Of a stretch of 49,268 nucleotides of DNA, positions 22,341-37,970 are shown in pieces. This DNA comes from Chromera velia (Eukaryota), in NCBI GenBank assembly GCA_018398765.1, contig JAHBMJ010000385.1, positions 1-49,268 of the forward strand, written 5' to 3'. The position numbers and the translations under genes were made by a program. The notes beneath the pieces were generated by a model. It did no database searches and was not told the origin of the DNA. It was given only the letters and a program-made list of their open reading frames with translations. The stretch's first letter is position 1. Every line of letters starts with the position of its first letter.

Positions 22341-25300
22341 TCAGCTCTCTCTATTTCCATTGGAGCCCCGTCTACTCTTCCCCCCCTTTCCCGTGGATGA
22401 CCAATTCGCATTCCCGTTCTGCTTCCCTCCTCCCTTCCCCCCCGAGGCTGAGGAAGAAGATGATGAAGACCCCCCCGACCCTTTCCCTTTTGTTCCCCCC
22501 TTCCGAGTCCGAAAACAGCAACAAAGACACACAAGCAACCACCTCGGAACCCCTAACCTTCTCGACCACACATCAACTACATCCTCCTCCGCAGGGAGCA
22601 GGAGAAACGACACTGTGAAGAAGAGAAAAAAGGACCAACACCCGATACGATACGCCGACTCCACGTTCGGTACATGAAGTAACGAGAGGAGACAACGAAA
22701 TAGAAAATGTTCACTTCGTAACCAACTGAGCCACCCAAACAGCCCCCCCCCACTTTTCTCATTTGGTTGGGAATTTTCTGGAGGTGTGAAAGAAGATACC
22801 CCCAGTTGTGCTGGTTGAAGGAATACGTCCTCTCCGAGAAACAGCACCTCCTCCGGCATTTCTAAACCCGCCACGCTCTTCAATGGTTGATCCATCGCGT
22901 GGCGTGTTTTTTCCAACATCGGCACAGAGAAGCCCAACAGAGGGAGGTCTAGAGGATGATCCTCAAAGTCCCTCTCTGTCAATCCTTCCCACCTGGCTTT
23001 CCCCCTTTTGATTCTCTCGTTCGGATAAGGGTAGGGGATAGGCAGGTCGGCATACGGACTCGGTCCCCATCTCTCCACTTCGTAGGCGCCTAGGCCTGCA
23101 GCAGTCAGTGTGTGCACGCACGCATGCGCACATGAATGAGCGCCATGCATGCAAGAGAAGAAGTACGATGGCAGACTGAAGGAAGATCCGGGCGGGGCGT
23201 GGAGGAAGTTTTCTTTCAATTACCCAGAGAGGCGTCCTTCCTTCCTTCTTTTTTTCATTTTGTGGGTGAATGAAAATCAGCCAGCCAGCCAGCCGCTTGG
23301 ACGAAAAGGGATAATCTGGATCCCATCATTTTCTTGCCGCTCTATTTTCTTTTTCTTCGTTTGCGTGGAGCAAAAGTGGTGCAAGGCCAAAGGAGAAAAT
23401 GATCGATCGAGCCTGTGGGGACAGAAGGGGCACATAGGCAGAGACAGGGAAGATCAGAAGAAAGTCGCAGAAGAACAGTGAGGGATGCTGAGAGACAGGG
23501 AAACAAATGAGGAATGTACGTTGGCGAAAGGAGACGGGTGGAGGATTTGAGAGACAAGTGGGACAGAAGAAGGCAAAGGGGGACAGCTGAAGAAAAATGA
23601 GACACAAAGACTGGAAGCACACGAAGGAATGCCAGAAGTCGAACCCTTTCCTTTGTTTTTCCCCTCCCTTTTCTGTCAGTAACGTTATGACCGCAAGAGG
23701 CCGCCAAAAAAGGGGGAAAATCTTGAACGGGGCAGGGCGGGAGAGGGCTTGGGAGTGAATGAGAAGGAAGGAAGGAAGGAAGGAAGGAAGGAAGGAAGGG
23801 ACACATAATTCAGCAGGGAATCTAGGAGGCAGAGTGACTGATTTTCTACAACACATTAGTGGCTCACACATTGATTGACACATAGCCTGAATGGCTCAGT
23901 GAATGACCCATTGACTGACTGAGTGACTGACCGACTGGCTGATTGACTGACTGACTGACTGACTAACTGATTGACTGACCGACTGGCTGATTGACTGACT
24001 GACTGATCGACTGACTGACAGACTGACCGACTGACTGACAGACTGATTGACTGACCGACTGACTGAGTGACAGGCTGATTGACTGACAGACTGGCTGTTT
24101 CATCCCCTGACTGACTTGGGAGTGGTGGGTGCATTCTCATTTGGATCGTTGCGGGCTTTGGGGTTGTCTGAGTGACTTTCTCCGTTGGTGGCTGTGGAGA
24201 GGTCTGTGCCACCCCCCCCTCTGGCAGGGCCTTCTCGTCCTGCCGAGCTTTGTCCACATGCGCCATCAGATCGTTCAACGCAACTGTTTGTCCGTTGATG
24301 TTCACGAATTGATTCTTCGAGTTCCTGTCTTTGTCCTCGAGCATTTTCACCTTGATGCCGCTCCCATCCTGCATTTTAGTTTTTTTTATAATATTAATAT
24401 GAACTGATATTAATCCCCCTGCATTTTCATATTCATGCAGACAGCAATAATATTCGAGTTGGGGAGACACGGGGGTGGGTGGGCACGAAGACGGGTCGCA
24501 ATCTTCAGGGGAAAAGTTTGATTGGTTGTGTGGAACCTTCCCTTTCTGCTGCCGAGTGAAGAGAAGCCGAGAGACATAGAGACATGCACTTTTCGTGAAG
24601 GATTCAGAAAGGGAAAAACGCAATCGGGCAAGGGACAACTAGAATAAAGAAGCAGCAGATCGTACCACGATGATAAAAGGGGAGAATAATTCATGCGGCC
24701 TCCCTTTAGTTCTCAGGACAAAAGAAGGCAGCATAAGTTGCAGGAATCAGCCAAACAAGCAAGCAATCATTCAGCCATCGAATCAGACAACCAACGAACG
24801 AGCCAGCCAAGCAACCAGCCAAGCGATGCGCCAAAGAACCTCCCAATGAAACCGTCAATCAGTCAGTCGGCGGCTCGTCAGTCAGTCAATCAATCAATCA
24901 GTCAGGCAGTCGATCCATCAATCAGTCAGTCAGTCAGTCAGTCAGGCAATCGATCCATCAATCAGTCAGTCAGGCAATCGATCCATCAATCAGTCAGTCA
25001 GTCAGGCAATCGATCCATCAATCAATCAGTCAGGCAATCGATCCATCAATCAATCAGTCAGGCAATCGATCCATCAATCAGTCAGTCAGTCAGTCAGGCA
25101 ATCGATCCATCAATCAGTCAGTCAGTCAGTCAGGCAATCGATCCATCAATCAGTCAGTCAGGCAATCGATCCATCAATCAGTCTGCCACCAAATCGGCTC
25201 ACCGGTTCTCCCCCGATTCCTTCGTTCAACTGGATGAGTGCAGTTGCACCCTTTGGAATTCGGATGGTTCCCTGTTTGGTCTTGATGGTGATGAACCCAC

Positions 25301-25819
25301 TGTTGTTCGGTTCTGGTTGAAAGGGGACTGCAGATGGAAGGGAAGAAACAATTAAGGGGCGTGGGGGGAAGGAAAGGGAGGGACCCGTGGGGACGGACAG
25401 AAGAAAGGCAGTACACTTCGAAGAGTATCGCTAGTGTCCTTTACAAAGCCTGCTTATGCTTGCGCGTTGTAGTGACTACATAGGGAGACAGAGGGACAGA
25501 ACGACGGACCCGGAACTAGAGGGGGCAATTTGGTGTCCGGAGAGTCTGCTGTGACTGCTGCACAAACAAACGGACAAGCAGGAGAGGAGAGGGGGATTCG
25601 TCAGACCAGCGTCATGTGAACAGATGTACAGGTACAATTGGTCTGACTGATAGGGAGGCATGGAAACGCACGCCTGAACCAAAGACACCGGCAGACGGAC
25701 CGACCGTTCAAGAGGAGACAGCAAATCCAGGGGAGGTGGAGGCGAAAGAAAACCGGAACTCCATTTCTTCTGGCCATACCCCCCGTCGCTCCTGAGGAAC
25801 CTGAAGAGTCGCACCCCAT
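22341..25819 (-). CDS. Hypothetical secreted/membrane protein, 5 predicted exons (25819-25705, 25557-25510, 25327-25203, 24368-24116, 23095-22341; ~431 aa)
   Basis: All four introns are GT..CAG with matching phases (1,1,0,1), giving an open 1296-nt CDS. The N-terminus has a hydrophobic stretch (VPVFFRLHLPWICCLLLNAVTA). The C-terminus has hydrophobic segments (IGCWSFFLFFTVSFLLL; RWLLVCLCCCF) and a basic G/S/K tail. No family recognised; extra exons cannot be excluded. Confidence 0.65.
23910..24115. repeat. Intronic (GACT)n microsatellite
   Basis: Degenerate GACT/GATT tandem run. Confidence 0.9.
24855..25183. repeat. Intronic (CAGT/CAAT)n microsatellite with recurring CAGGCAATCGATCCATCAAT higher-order unit
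   Basis: The unit recurs about 9 times, separated by variable CAGT runs. Confidence 0.9.
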
Positions 25820-26109
25820 CTGAGCCCCTGGGGCAATGTGTCGATTGACCGTTTGTCTGTGGATCGATCGAGGAAGCTTCCAAAGAGTGTTGTCGTGATG
25901 GATCTCCGCAGTGTATCGTCACTTCAGTTCGGATCACGGCGAGATCGTGAGGCGGCAACCTGGAATCCCCCAGGTCTGTAAGAAAAGCTGGCAAAGAAAA
26001 GGCGATGCAAGGTACGTTGTGCTCACAGGTTGCCCCTCCACAGACCGCAGAGGACCGATCTTTGTCACATCACGTACTCAGATCAGTCTGATCAAGAACT
26101 CAACTAAAC

Positions 26110-26420
26110 CAGGATAAATTCGCCGATCTGGTGAAAAATTCACCGATTTGGTCAATTTTGGTGAAATTAATTCACCTTTTTGGTGAAATTCACCGATTTA
26201 GTGAAGAAAAATAGTGTTCAGAAAAAAAAAAGAATCATTCAGGCAGCCCCGGGCGCCGGCCCGGGCCGCCGCCCCCGGCCGCGCGCGCGGGTCCGACCGC
26301 ACACGTACGTATCATACCGTATCATCACGCGCAAGATGCAACATGCCATGCACGCAACACTTTTCCCGTCTACCGCATGTCAGATTCGCAATGACTCGCA
26401 TCATGCATGATTCCTGCTAG
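26110..26420. promoter_or_regulatory. Putative divergent promoter: GGTGAA/TTCACC motif cluster, A tract, GC/CpG box, GCATG-type motifs
   Basis: Lies between the divergent start codons at 25819 (-) and 26699 (+). Repeated GGTGAA/TTCACC at 26118-26205, near-pure GC run at ~26243-26300, ATGCATG-type motifs at 26335-26410. Confidence 0.45.
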
Positions 26421-26698
26421 CTGCGAATCCTGCATAATCCTGCAACACCTTAATTCCCACGTTTCCCACTTGAAACATCTCCAAGCGATCCCCTTAATTG
26501 GAATTCTTTGAAGGTCATCAGCGGAATTAACAGAGTTTGTTCGATCAATGTGCTGGATCAGAGACTCGAGGCGAAGACACAAGCAAGCTCACTAAAACTC
26601 CTCAATTCATCAGTCTGACTCGCTGTCAGAAAAGACTCGGGCTCGCGGTGTTCCAAATACTGATTCAAGAAACTGACAGAGTCTTTGTGATTCACCGG

Positions 26699-30386
<3,688 letters not shown>

Positions 30387-30796
30387 ATGGTTGGGTGAAA
30401 ATCAGCCATTTACAGATTAGTTTGTATTAATTGATGAGTTCTATTCACTGGTCGATTCATTTTTGTATATAGCTCCCTTCATATTTATTTGAAATTATTT
30501 TTTATTCATCAATTTTTTCTTTCCCATTGCTAGTCCCATTGCTTTGATTTGGCGAGGTTGCCCATGCAGCCTGCTTGCCTGGGGGGGAGGCTGGGGCCTC
30601 GTGGTCCATCAATTGATTCAATTATCAATATATTGTCTAATTAAATTGATTTAGAAATTATTGCATTAATTATTATTAAAATTGCATTTATTGGTTAATT
30701 TACTTATTCTTTTAAATTGATATAATAATTTAGATATCGAATAATAGTATAGATTCTTAAATTTGTGAATCTTAATCATTCTTTTTAATTTCTAAT

Positions 30797-30876
30797 AAAT
30801 ATTAGTTATACTGTATGTATACAATCTATAGGATTCAAATATTAGTTATACTGTATGTATACAATCTATAGGATTC
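30797..30876. repeat. Perfect 40-bp tandem duplication in AT-rich intergenic DNA
   Basis: AAATATTAGTTATACTGTATGTATACAATCTATAGGATTC x2. Confidence 0.9.
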
Positions 30877-31435
30877 TAGACTAATGATGATGATGATGAT
30901 TGAGGGTTAAATCCCAGATTCAGTGACGCTAAACTAGATTCTAGCTTACCACTCATCATGAATTAATAGTTACATGTAATTATGATTACTATATAGTTAA
31001 TACAATACTACAATTCACTGCCGTTTGCGGAGATATTTGCGGGGGCAACCTCTAAAAGACAAAACGTACGGCGACAGTGTTCTACTACTAGTAGGGCACC
31101 ACTAGACAATACTGGACAAAAAATCACTTATCACTTATAAACTTGTAGTATATAATAAGAAAAGCAATAGCTTAGATTAGGCTATACAGTGATCGACTCA
31201 TGTTGATATTAGGACACAGCTTGATCGCTATGCGGTACAGGCTTGCCTACAGGCTTGCGCTCCTCATCTCACAAACAAAATGCATGTGAAAGAAAATGCA
31301 CATCGGAGACACATCCTCACCCGGCAACACCGTGGCAATCCAAGGAGCCGAGTATTATTGACTGAAGCCGTACTGTCCCGGTCCGTCACGGTACATTCAA
31401 AGGTGTGAAACGATGCGCATCTGTTTTGAAGTCAC

Positions 31436-33864
31436 TCAGAATTCGACCCGATTATTCGAGTCAAGTTTCTCAACAGAACAAATCAAAAGAACAGAAAAGG
31501 CACGCACAAACGATTGCAGCTGCTCGCTGAAGGGAACCTCTTTCCACGACAAGCCTCCAGGGTTTTTCACAAATTCAAATGAGGACAAAATGCGTGCGTC
31601 TTCAGCAAATTCGTCACTACTTTCTTTTCCCCTTTCCGGGACAGAGAAAACCCCTATTTGATCCTCTGCCTTTTGTCTACACGCACCTCCATTCCCACCC
31701 CCATCATCAGACAGAGTATTCTCACAAGCTCTCCCTCCACCCCCCCGGGAAGATCCCCCAAGGTCCGCAACTGCACACCTGTACGCATACGCAGAGGACT
31801 CGTCTCCTTCTCCAACCTCCTGCGAGTCCGCCCTCTTCCTTTTTCTTTCTCTCTGAACCAGAAGCTCGAGATGTCTCTCAACATCCACACGGAGACGCTC
31901 CAGATCATGGCCCCCCCAACTGTCTGGCTGAATATTTCTATCAGACCTAACCCTTTCTGCAGCTGTACTGGAAGAAGAGACTTGATTCTTCAGTGGAATC
32001 GACAGGGGGAGAAGGAGACGGGGCCGTCTGGATGCGAGCACCGAGGCAGCCCCGTAGAGTCCCGAGAGGTCTGCCACTTCAGTGATCCCCCTTTCCTTAT
32101 TGAGGTTATCGGGGGGGAGAGGCAGGAGCTCGACTTTGTAGCTGCAGGAGAGAGAGGGGGGGGAAACGGGGAACTCCACATCACATCGAAGAAACAAAGT
32201 TCCCTACCTGAAACGAGAGGGGACAAAAGCAAAAGACTAACCTTGCACCACACACACACACACACACACACACGCGTGCGCGCGTAGACACATACGGACA
32301 CACACACGTACACACCCACACACGTACTGAATCAACCACGCTCCCACGCAAGCACCCGGCCTCATAGGTGTCCATCTCAGTCTTGCCTCTGTTTCCTCTT
32401 CTCCCCCTTGCCTTCCTCCACCGCGCTCTCTCTCCCTTTCTCCCTCTATGCTCGGTAAGTTCGTCTGTCAGTCTGTTTGTAGTCGAAATACGCAGGGAAG
32501 AAAACGGACAGAGTGCTGCTGCGAGAACGAATAGAAAGATATACATGCGCACACAAATCGGTACGGAGACGCGATACCACGCCACACTGATTGAAGGAGT
32601 TCAAAAAAAGAAATGACGAGACAAGAGAAGAGAAGAGAAGAGAAGAGAAGAGAACAACGAAGAGCGACTTCCAAACTTACAGTATGAGATCCGGTGGTTC
32701 CTCTCCTGACAGAACAACAAAATCCAGAGGCAGCACAGCTTCAGGAAAACTTTCCTTTCCCCCCTCCCCCCTGTCTTTTGAAACACCCAAAGGAGAGTCA
32801 CGGAAGTCCAACCGGAGCACCGACGTCTCTACAGACGTGCCCACCCCCGTCATTCTCTCCTTCAAATGAGCCCCTCCTGCTTCAAGTTCTGCCTCTGCCC
32901 GTTCAATCAATGCGTGCAGTGCAGAGAGGGCAGGGGGATATTCTGCGTCTTTCAAACGCTCAAGAAGCAGCGTCTCCTGCCGCTCCTTCCGGGCGAGGAG
33001 GACCTCACAAGGCCACTCCCCTGAGAGTGCACAAGTCAAATACTCCTCAGAGACGTTCAATGAAAAGTTCCGGTACTGTGTGGGCAGGGAATGCACATCA
33101 GACAGGGGAGCGTCGAACGTCCGTGTGCTGGCAGCAACGGGTCCTGCACTCACTGCGTGCACCGCTCCGTTGGTGCGACCAGCAAGGACCAGGTTGGCGG
33201 TCAGAAGTTGTCGCCGTCTCCTGTGGCCTTGCAGACTCACGACCCCGCCTGTGCCATCCAGCAGAAAGGCCAACGGAACTGTCAACTCTCCGATGCCTGG
33301 TGACAGATCTGCGACAATCACAGTCGAATCGCTCTTGCTTGCCCCAACCGAAGCAGCAGCGACAAGAGACTGTAGAACCTCAAGCATTTTGCCGACTGCA
33401 GAAGATACAGTCGCCCCCCCATCCCTGTTCCCTTCCTCTCCGTCTGGGGCATCACCAGCAAAAGCCCCCATGAATGGATGCTCCCGCATGAAGCTCACAT
33501 CTCGTGGGGCAACCCTGCAGTCAAAGCCACTACGGCAACTGAAAGGCCTTGCAACTTGAAGACCAACCTGTGCGGATACGTTAGCCGTACTCTGGAGGTC
33601 GGCTGAACCTCCAGGCTCGCGCTCAATCAGCGACGTAAGGGAGGGGACATGTGGCCAGACATTTTCAGAGATGAAGTCTGCCGTTTTTCTGGCACGCGAT
33701 GGATTTCTGTATCCGTCTACCATCACTTGGAGCGTCCACTTCTCCATCTGCTCTACAGGAAGTTCTACGGCCACATCGAAAGCGGCGGTTCCCGGAAAAA
33801 GAAAAGTATGCCTTCTGGAGGCAGTCAGCAGCAGGGTTGCTACACCTAGACCGCAGTGCACCAT
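31436..33864 (-). CDS. FkbM-family (Methyltransf_21)-like protein with N-terminal hydrophobic leader, multi-exon
   Basis: Exon 1 runs from ATG 33864 (MVHCGLGVATLLLTAS) to a GTAAGT donor at ~32680. It contains VIVADLSPGIGELTVPLAFLLDGTGGVVSLQGHRRRRQLLTANLVLAG, matching the FkbM pattern (VVDVGANIG..TVPLA...G.V.AFEP.....LL.AN..LN), and LDFVVL..PDLIL. The last exon starts at a CTGCAG acceptor (~32142; YKVELLPLPPDN..) and ends at stop 31436. Middle exon(s) at 32200-32600 are unresolved. Confidence 0.65.
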
Positions 33865-34619
33865 TGGAAGGTAGGCAAAGATCAAAAGAGAACGAACTGA
33901 AGATACTCGGCGGGCAATTCAATTCCTGCTGCTTCTTCCATGACAAGTTCCGTCTCCGAGTATGAGATGCATGCCACACTCTTTCAGCAGCGCTTCAGCT
34001 TGCTTCCGCCTTCAAATCGATCCAGAAATCATGGTACTGTTAAAAAGAGTCAAAAGGAAGTGTAAGGAACTATCCGGCATTATCCGGCACAAACTCGGGC
34101 AACGTAAAAATTGGCCCCAATTCGATCCAATTCGTGCCTCTGCAGGCAGTCATTGGGGGAACACCTTGAGCCCAAGGCCAAGCACCACCCCTGCGGCTCA
34201 TCGCCCCTGACAGCCTACATGTAGCGTCCCCCAACTTCGTGGTGGTGGCAAAGGGGGCGCGCCGCAGAGGACCCCCCCCATGCACGTCCCACAACATGGC
34301 GGTGGTGGCGGGCCGTCTCCGAAGAGACGTCTCCCAAGGTAAGGTGATCTATCGCCCCCCTAAAAATGGTGCCCCCACCCGCCTTCCGGTCTTTGTCCTC
34401 CCCACCCACCCGCCCACCGTCGACCGTCCTCATGTCTCGTCGACCCACCGTGGCTTACCCACGACCTTTCCGCTGAAGCTGCTCGTCTCTCGCCTCTCGC
34501 TTAGTATAACGAGGCACTTGACAGAACTTGTATGCCGTCTCCGGCCGTCTCTGGCCGTCCCTGGCTGTCTGTGGCTGTCTCCTGCCTGCCTTGCTTGCCT
34601 GCCTCGCTTTTCTTGCTGC

Positions 34620-34838
34620 CAGACAGACAGGAAAACAGACAGACAGACAGACAGACAGATAGACAGACAGACAGACAGACAGTCGGACAGACAGACAGAC
34701 ATATCGAGAGACAGACGGACGGGGTGGATGGACGGACGGACAGACAGACAGACAGGCAGACAGACAGACAGACAGACAGGCAGGCAGACAGACAAACAGG
34801 CAGGCAACAGACAGAAAGACAGCCAGACAGACAGGAAA

Positions 34839-34875
<37 letters not shown>

Positions 34876-35058
34876 TAGACAGTCGGACACACAGACAGGC
34901 AGGCAACAGACAGAAAGACAACCAGACAGACAGGAAAACAGATAGACAGATAGACAGACAGACAGATAGACAGTCGGACAGACAGACAGGCAGGCAACAG
35001 ACAGACAGACAGACAGACAGACAGGAAAACAGACAGACAGACAGACAGACAGACAGAT

Positions 35059-35089
<31 letters not shown>

Positions 35090-35337
35090 TCGAGAGACAG
35101 ACGGACGGGGTGGATGGATGGACGGACAGACAGACAGGCAGACAGACAGACAGACAGGCAGGCAGACAGACAGACAGGCAAGCAACAGACAGAAAGACAG
35201 CCAGACAGACAGGAAAACAGACAGACAGACAGACAGACAGACAGATAGACAGTCGGACAGACAGACAGGCAGGCAACAGACAGACAGACAGACAGACAGA
35301 CAGGAAAACAGACAGACAGACAGACAGACAGACAGAT

Positions 35338-35368
<31 letters not shown>

Positions 35369-35463
35369 TCGAGAGACAGACGGACGGGGTGGATGGATGG
35401 ACGGACAGACAGACAGGCAGACAGACAGACAGACAGGTAGGCAGACAGACAGACAGGCAGGCA

Positions 35464-35502
<39 letters not shown>

Positions 35503-35644
35503 GGAAAACAGACAGACAGACAGACAGGCAGACAGACAGACAGACAGACAGTCGGACAGACAGACAGGCAGGCAATAGACAGAAAGACAGCCAGACGGAC
35601 AGGAAAACAGACAGACAGACAGACAGACAGACAGAAACACAGCC

Positions 35645-35687
<43 letters not shown>

Positions 35688-35872
35688 TCGAGAGACAGAC
35701 TGATGGGGTGGATGGACGGACGGACAGACAGACAGGCAGGCAGACAGACAGACAGTCGGACAGACAGACAGGCAGGCAATAGACAGAAAGACAGCCAGAC
35801 AGACAGGAAAACAGACAGACAGACAGATAGACAGATAGACAGGAAAACAGATCGATCGAGAGACAGACGAAC
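34620..35872. repeat. (GACA)n satellite with higher-order structure
   Basis: The landmark CGAGAGACAGAC(GGAC)GGGGTGGATGGA recurs near 34705, 35091, 35370 and 35689; the middle pair is 279 bp apart. Confidence 0.95.
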
Positions 35873-36191
35873 TGGGCGGAAGGACGGAGAGACATGCCTC
35901 ACCTTTCCACTTCTTCTGATTCAAGAGTTTTGCTTACATGTCTGCACATTTCCTCCCTTCTCCGATCAGGTGCCTTGTGGAGCTATTGGGGTGCAATCAG
36001 TGGGGGCGTTCTGCAAGGAAGGTTTGCGAATCAGCACAAGTGGGGGGACTCCGCAGGTACACGTTGAATGGCTTTTCAGCCCCAGTCTCAGCGTCCCATT
36101 CGTTGTGGTTCAACAGTTATGCGTTCATGTCTGCACATTTGCCCCCTAAGGCTTCTTTATCCAGTGCCGTCACTCCTACTACTACCCCCCC

Positions 36192-37190
36192 GAACGATAT
36201 GTTGCACTCTAACACTTTTTTTCTCTAGCATAAAAAAGATATTAAAGGGACAAATTAGTTTATATTAGAAGTTTTTACAGCTATAATTTCAGCTTCTAAC
36301 TCGTTGTGGTTCAAAAGTTATAGATATTTACTTTTTTTTATTTTTTTTTGGTTGTAAAGTGAAATAAGTTACATATAGTGAAAGTGACCTCACTTTCAAC
36401 CTCCAGAACGATATTACACTCTAACACTTTTTTTCTCTAGCATAAAAAAGATATCAAAGGGACAAATTAGTTTATATTAGAAGGCTTTACAGCTGTAATT
36501 TCAGCTTCTAACTTGTTGTGGTTCAATAGTTATAGATATTTACTTTTTTAGTTACAAAGTGAAATAAGTTACATATAGTGAAAGTGACCTCTGTGGAGTC
36601 CTACCCTGTAGCACCGCCCTTTGAGCCTTTGCATGCGCCGTGACTGAGTGAACCAGCGTGCTACGCCACATTCCACCGCCGCGCTTTGCTTCATACGTGT
36701 CGCGCGCGTCGATCAAAGTCGTTAAAATCGAGTCTGACCTTCGTATTCAAGCATGTAACATGTCACTCGAGCAACGGATAGCATCGTTTGAGTCTGATGT
36801 CTGTTTGGCATAGATCAGGAGTCTGAGACTTTGAGAGAGAGGAACAGAGAGGAGTATAAGTAGAGATTGTGCAATGATAGAATAAACCTAGCTGATTGGA
36901 ATCCCAGATAGCTCTAGAGCTAAACCTTCTGTAAACTGCTGCCTAAATGAGTGTTGCTCACATTCCTTCTCTAGATCTTCCCTAAGGTTCTTATCCTCGC
37001 TTTACCTTCTTTCTGGACGCCATAAGGTGGCCGGACAGGAGGGACAAAGCACCTCACTTTCAACCTCCAGAACGATATTGCAGTCTAACACTTTTTTTCT
37101 CTAGCATGAAAGTATTGAAACGCCTGTTTGCAGTATCAAAGATGCATGTAAGAAGGCTTTACTATCTTAATTTCAGCTTCTAATTCGGTG
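36192..37190. repeat. AT-rich ~210-bp tandem repeat (2 full + 1 partial copies), second copy interrupted by a solo LTR
   Basis: GAACGATAT..CA(C/G)TCTAACACTTTTTTTCTCTAGCAT recurs at ~36192, ~36407 and ~37070. Confidence 0.85.
36592..37051. mobile_element. Solo LTR (460 bp)
   Basis: TG...CA ends. 4-bp TSD CCTC (36588-36591, 37052-37055), with the empty site visible in the neighbouring repeat unit (AAAGTGACCTCACTTTC). Internal AATAAA at ~36881. Confidence 0.8.
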
Positions 37191-37199
37191 TAGTTCCTG

Positions 37200-37970
37200 T
37201 AAAACGCCTCCACTGCATGTACCTCAACGCACCCTCGTACAGAGAACTAAGAAAATCTATAGAGGTGCATGCATAACTCTTGAACGAGATCGACTGAGAG
37301 GGGGCGACTGGGGCTGTAAAGCCGTCCATTGTGTACCTCCTTAAATCTCCCACTTGCTCTGGTCTTAAACCTTTCCCTGCAAACCTCCCCACTGCTTACA
37401 CCTCAACGCACCCTCAAGTCACTTGCACAGAGAACAAAGAAAATATATAGAGATGCATGCATAACTCTTAAACGAGAGCAAGTAAGAGAGTGAGACTAGG
37501 GCTGCAAAGCCGTTCATTGTGTACCTTTTCAACCCTCCCATTTGCTCTGGTCTTAAACCCTTCCCTGCAAACCTCCCCCCCTGCTTACACCTTGACGTAT
37601 CCTCAACTTGGGCCTCTGAGTCAAGTCACCTGCACGGAGAACTAAGAAAATCTATAGAGATGCAGGCACAGCTCTTGAACAAGATCAAGTGAGAGAGTGA
37701 GACTAGGGTTGTAAAGCCGTCCATTGTGTACCTCCTTAACCCCCCCACTTGCTCCAGTCTTAAACCTTTCCCTGCAAACCCCCCCCAATGCTTTGCACCT
37801 CAACGCACCCTCAAGTCACTTACATAGAGAACTAAAAAAATGTATAAAGATGCAGGCATAACTCTTGAACGAGAGTGGGTGGGAGAGTGCGACTGGGGCT
37901 GCAAAGCCGTTCATTGTGTAGCTCTTTAACCCCCCCACTTGCTCCAGCCTTACACCTTTCCCTGCAAAAC
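37200..37970. repeat. Diverged ~175-195-bp minisatellite (4 copies); an inverted diverged copy lies at ~35915-36145
   Basis: The unit ..CCTCAACGCACCCTC..AGAGAACTAAGAAAATCTATAGA..GGGCTGTAAAGCCGTCCATTGTGTACC..CCCACTTGCTC..AAACCTTTCCCTGCAAA recurs four times. Its reverse complement aligns to 36000-36140. Confidence 0.85.

Noticed and set aside
34239..36149. ORFs up to 490 aa (SVCL / QTDR repeats)
   Set aside because: They are stop-free frames of the (GACA)n satellite.
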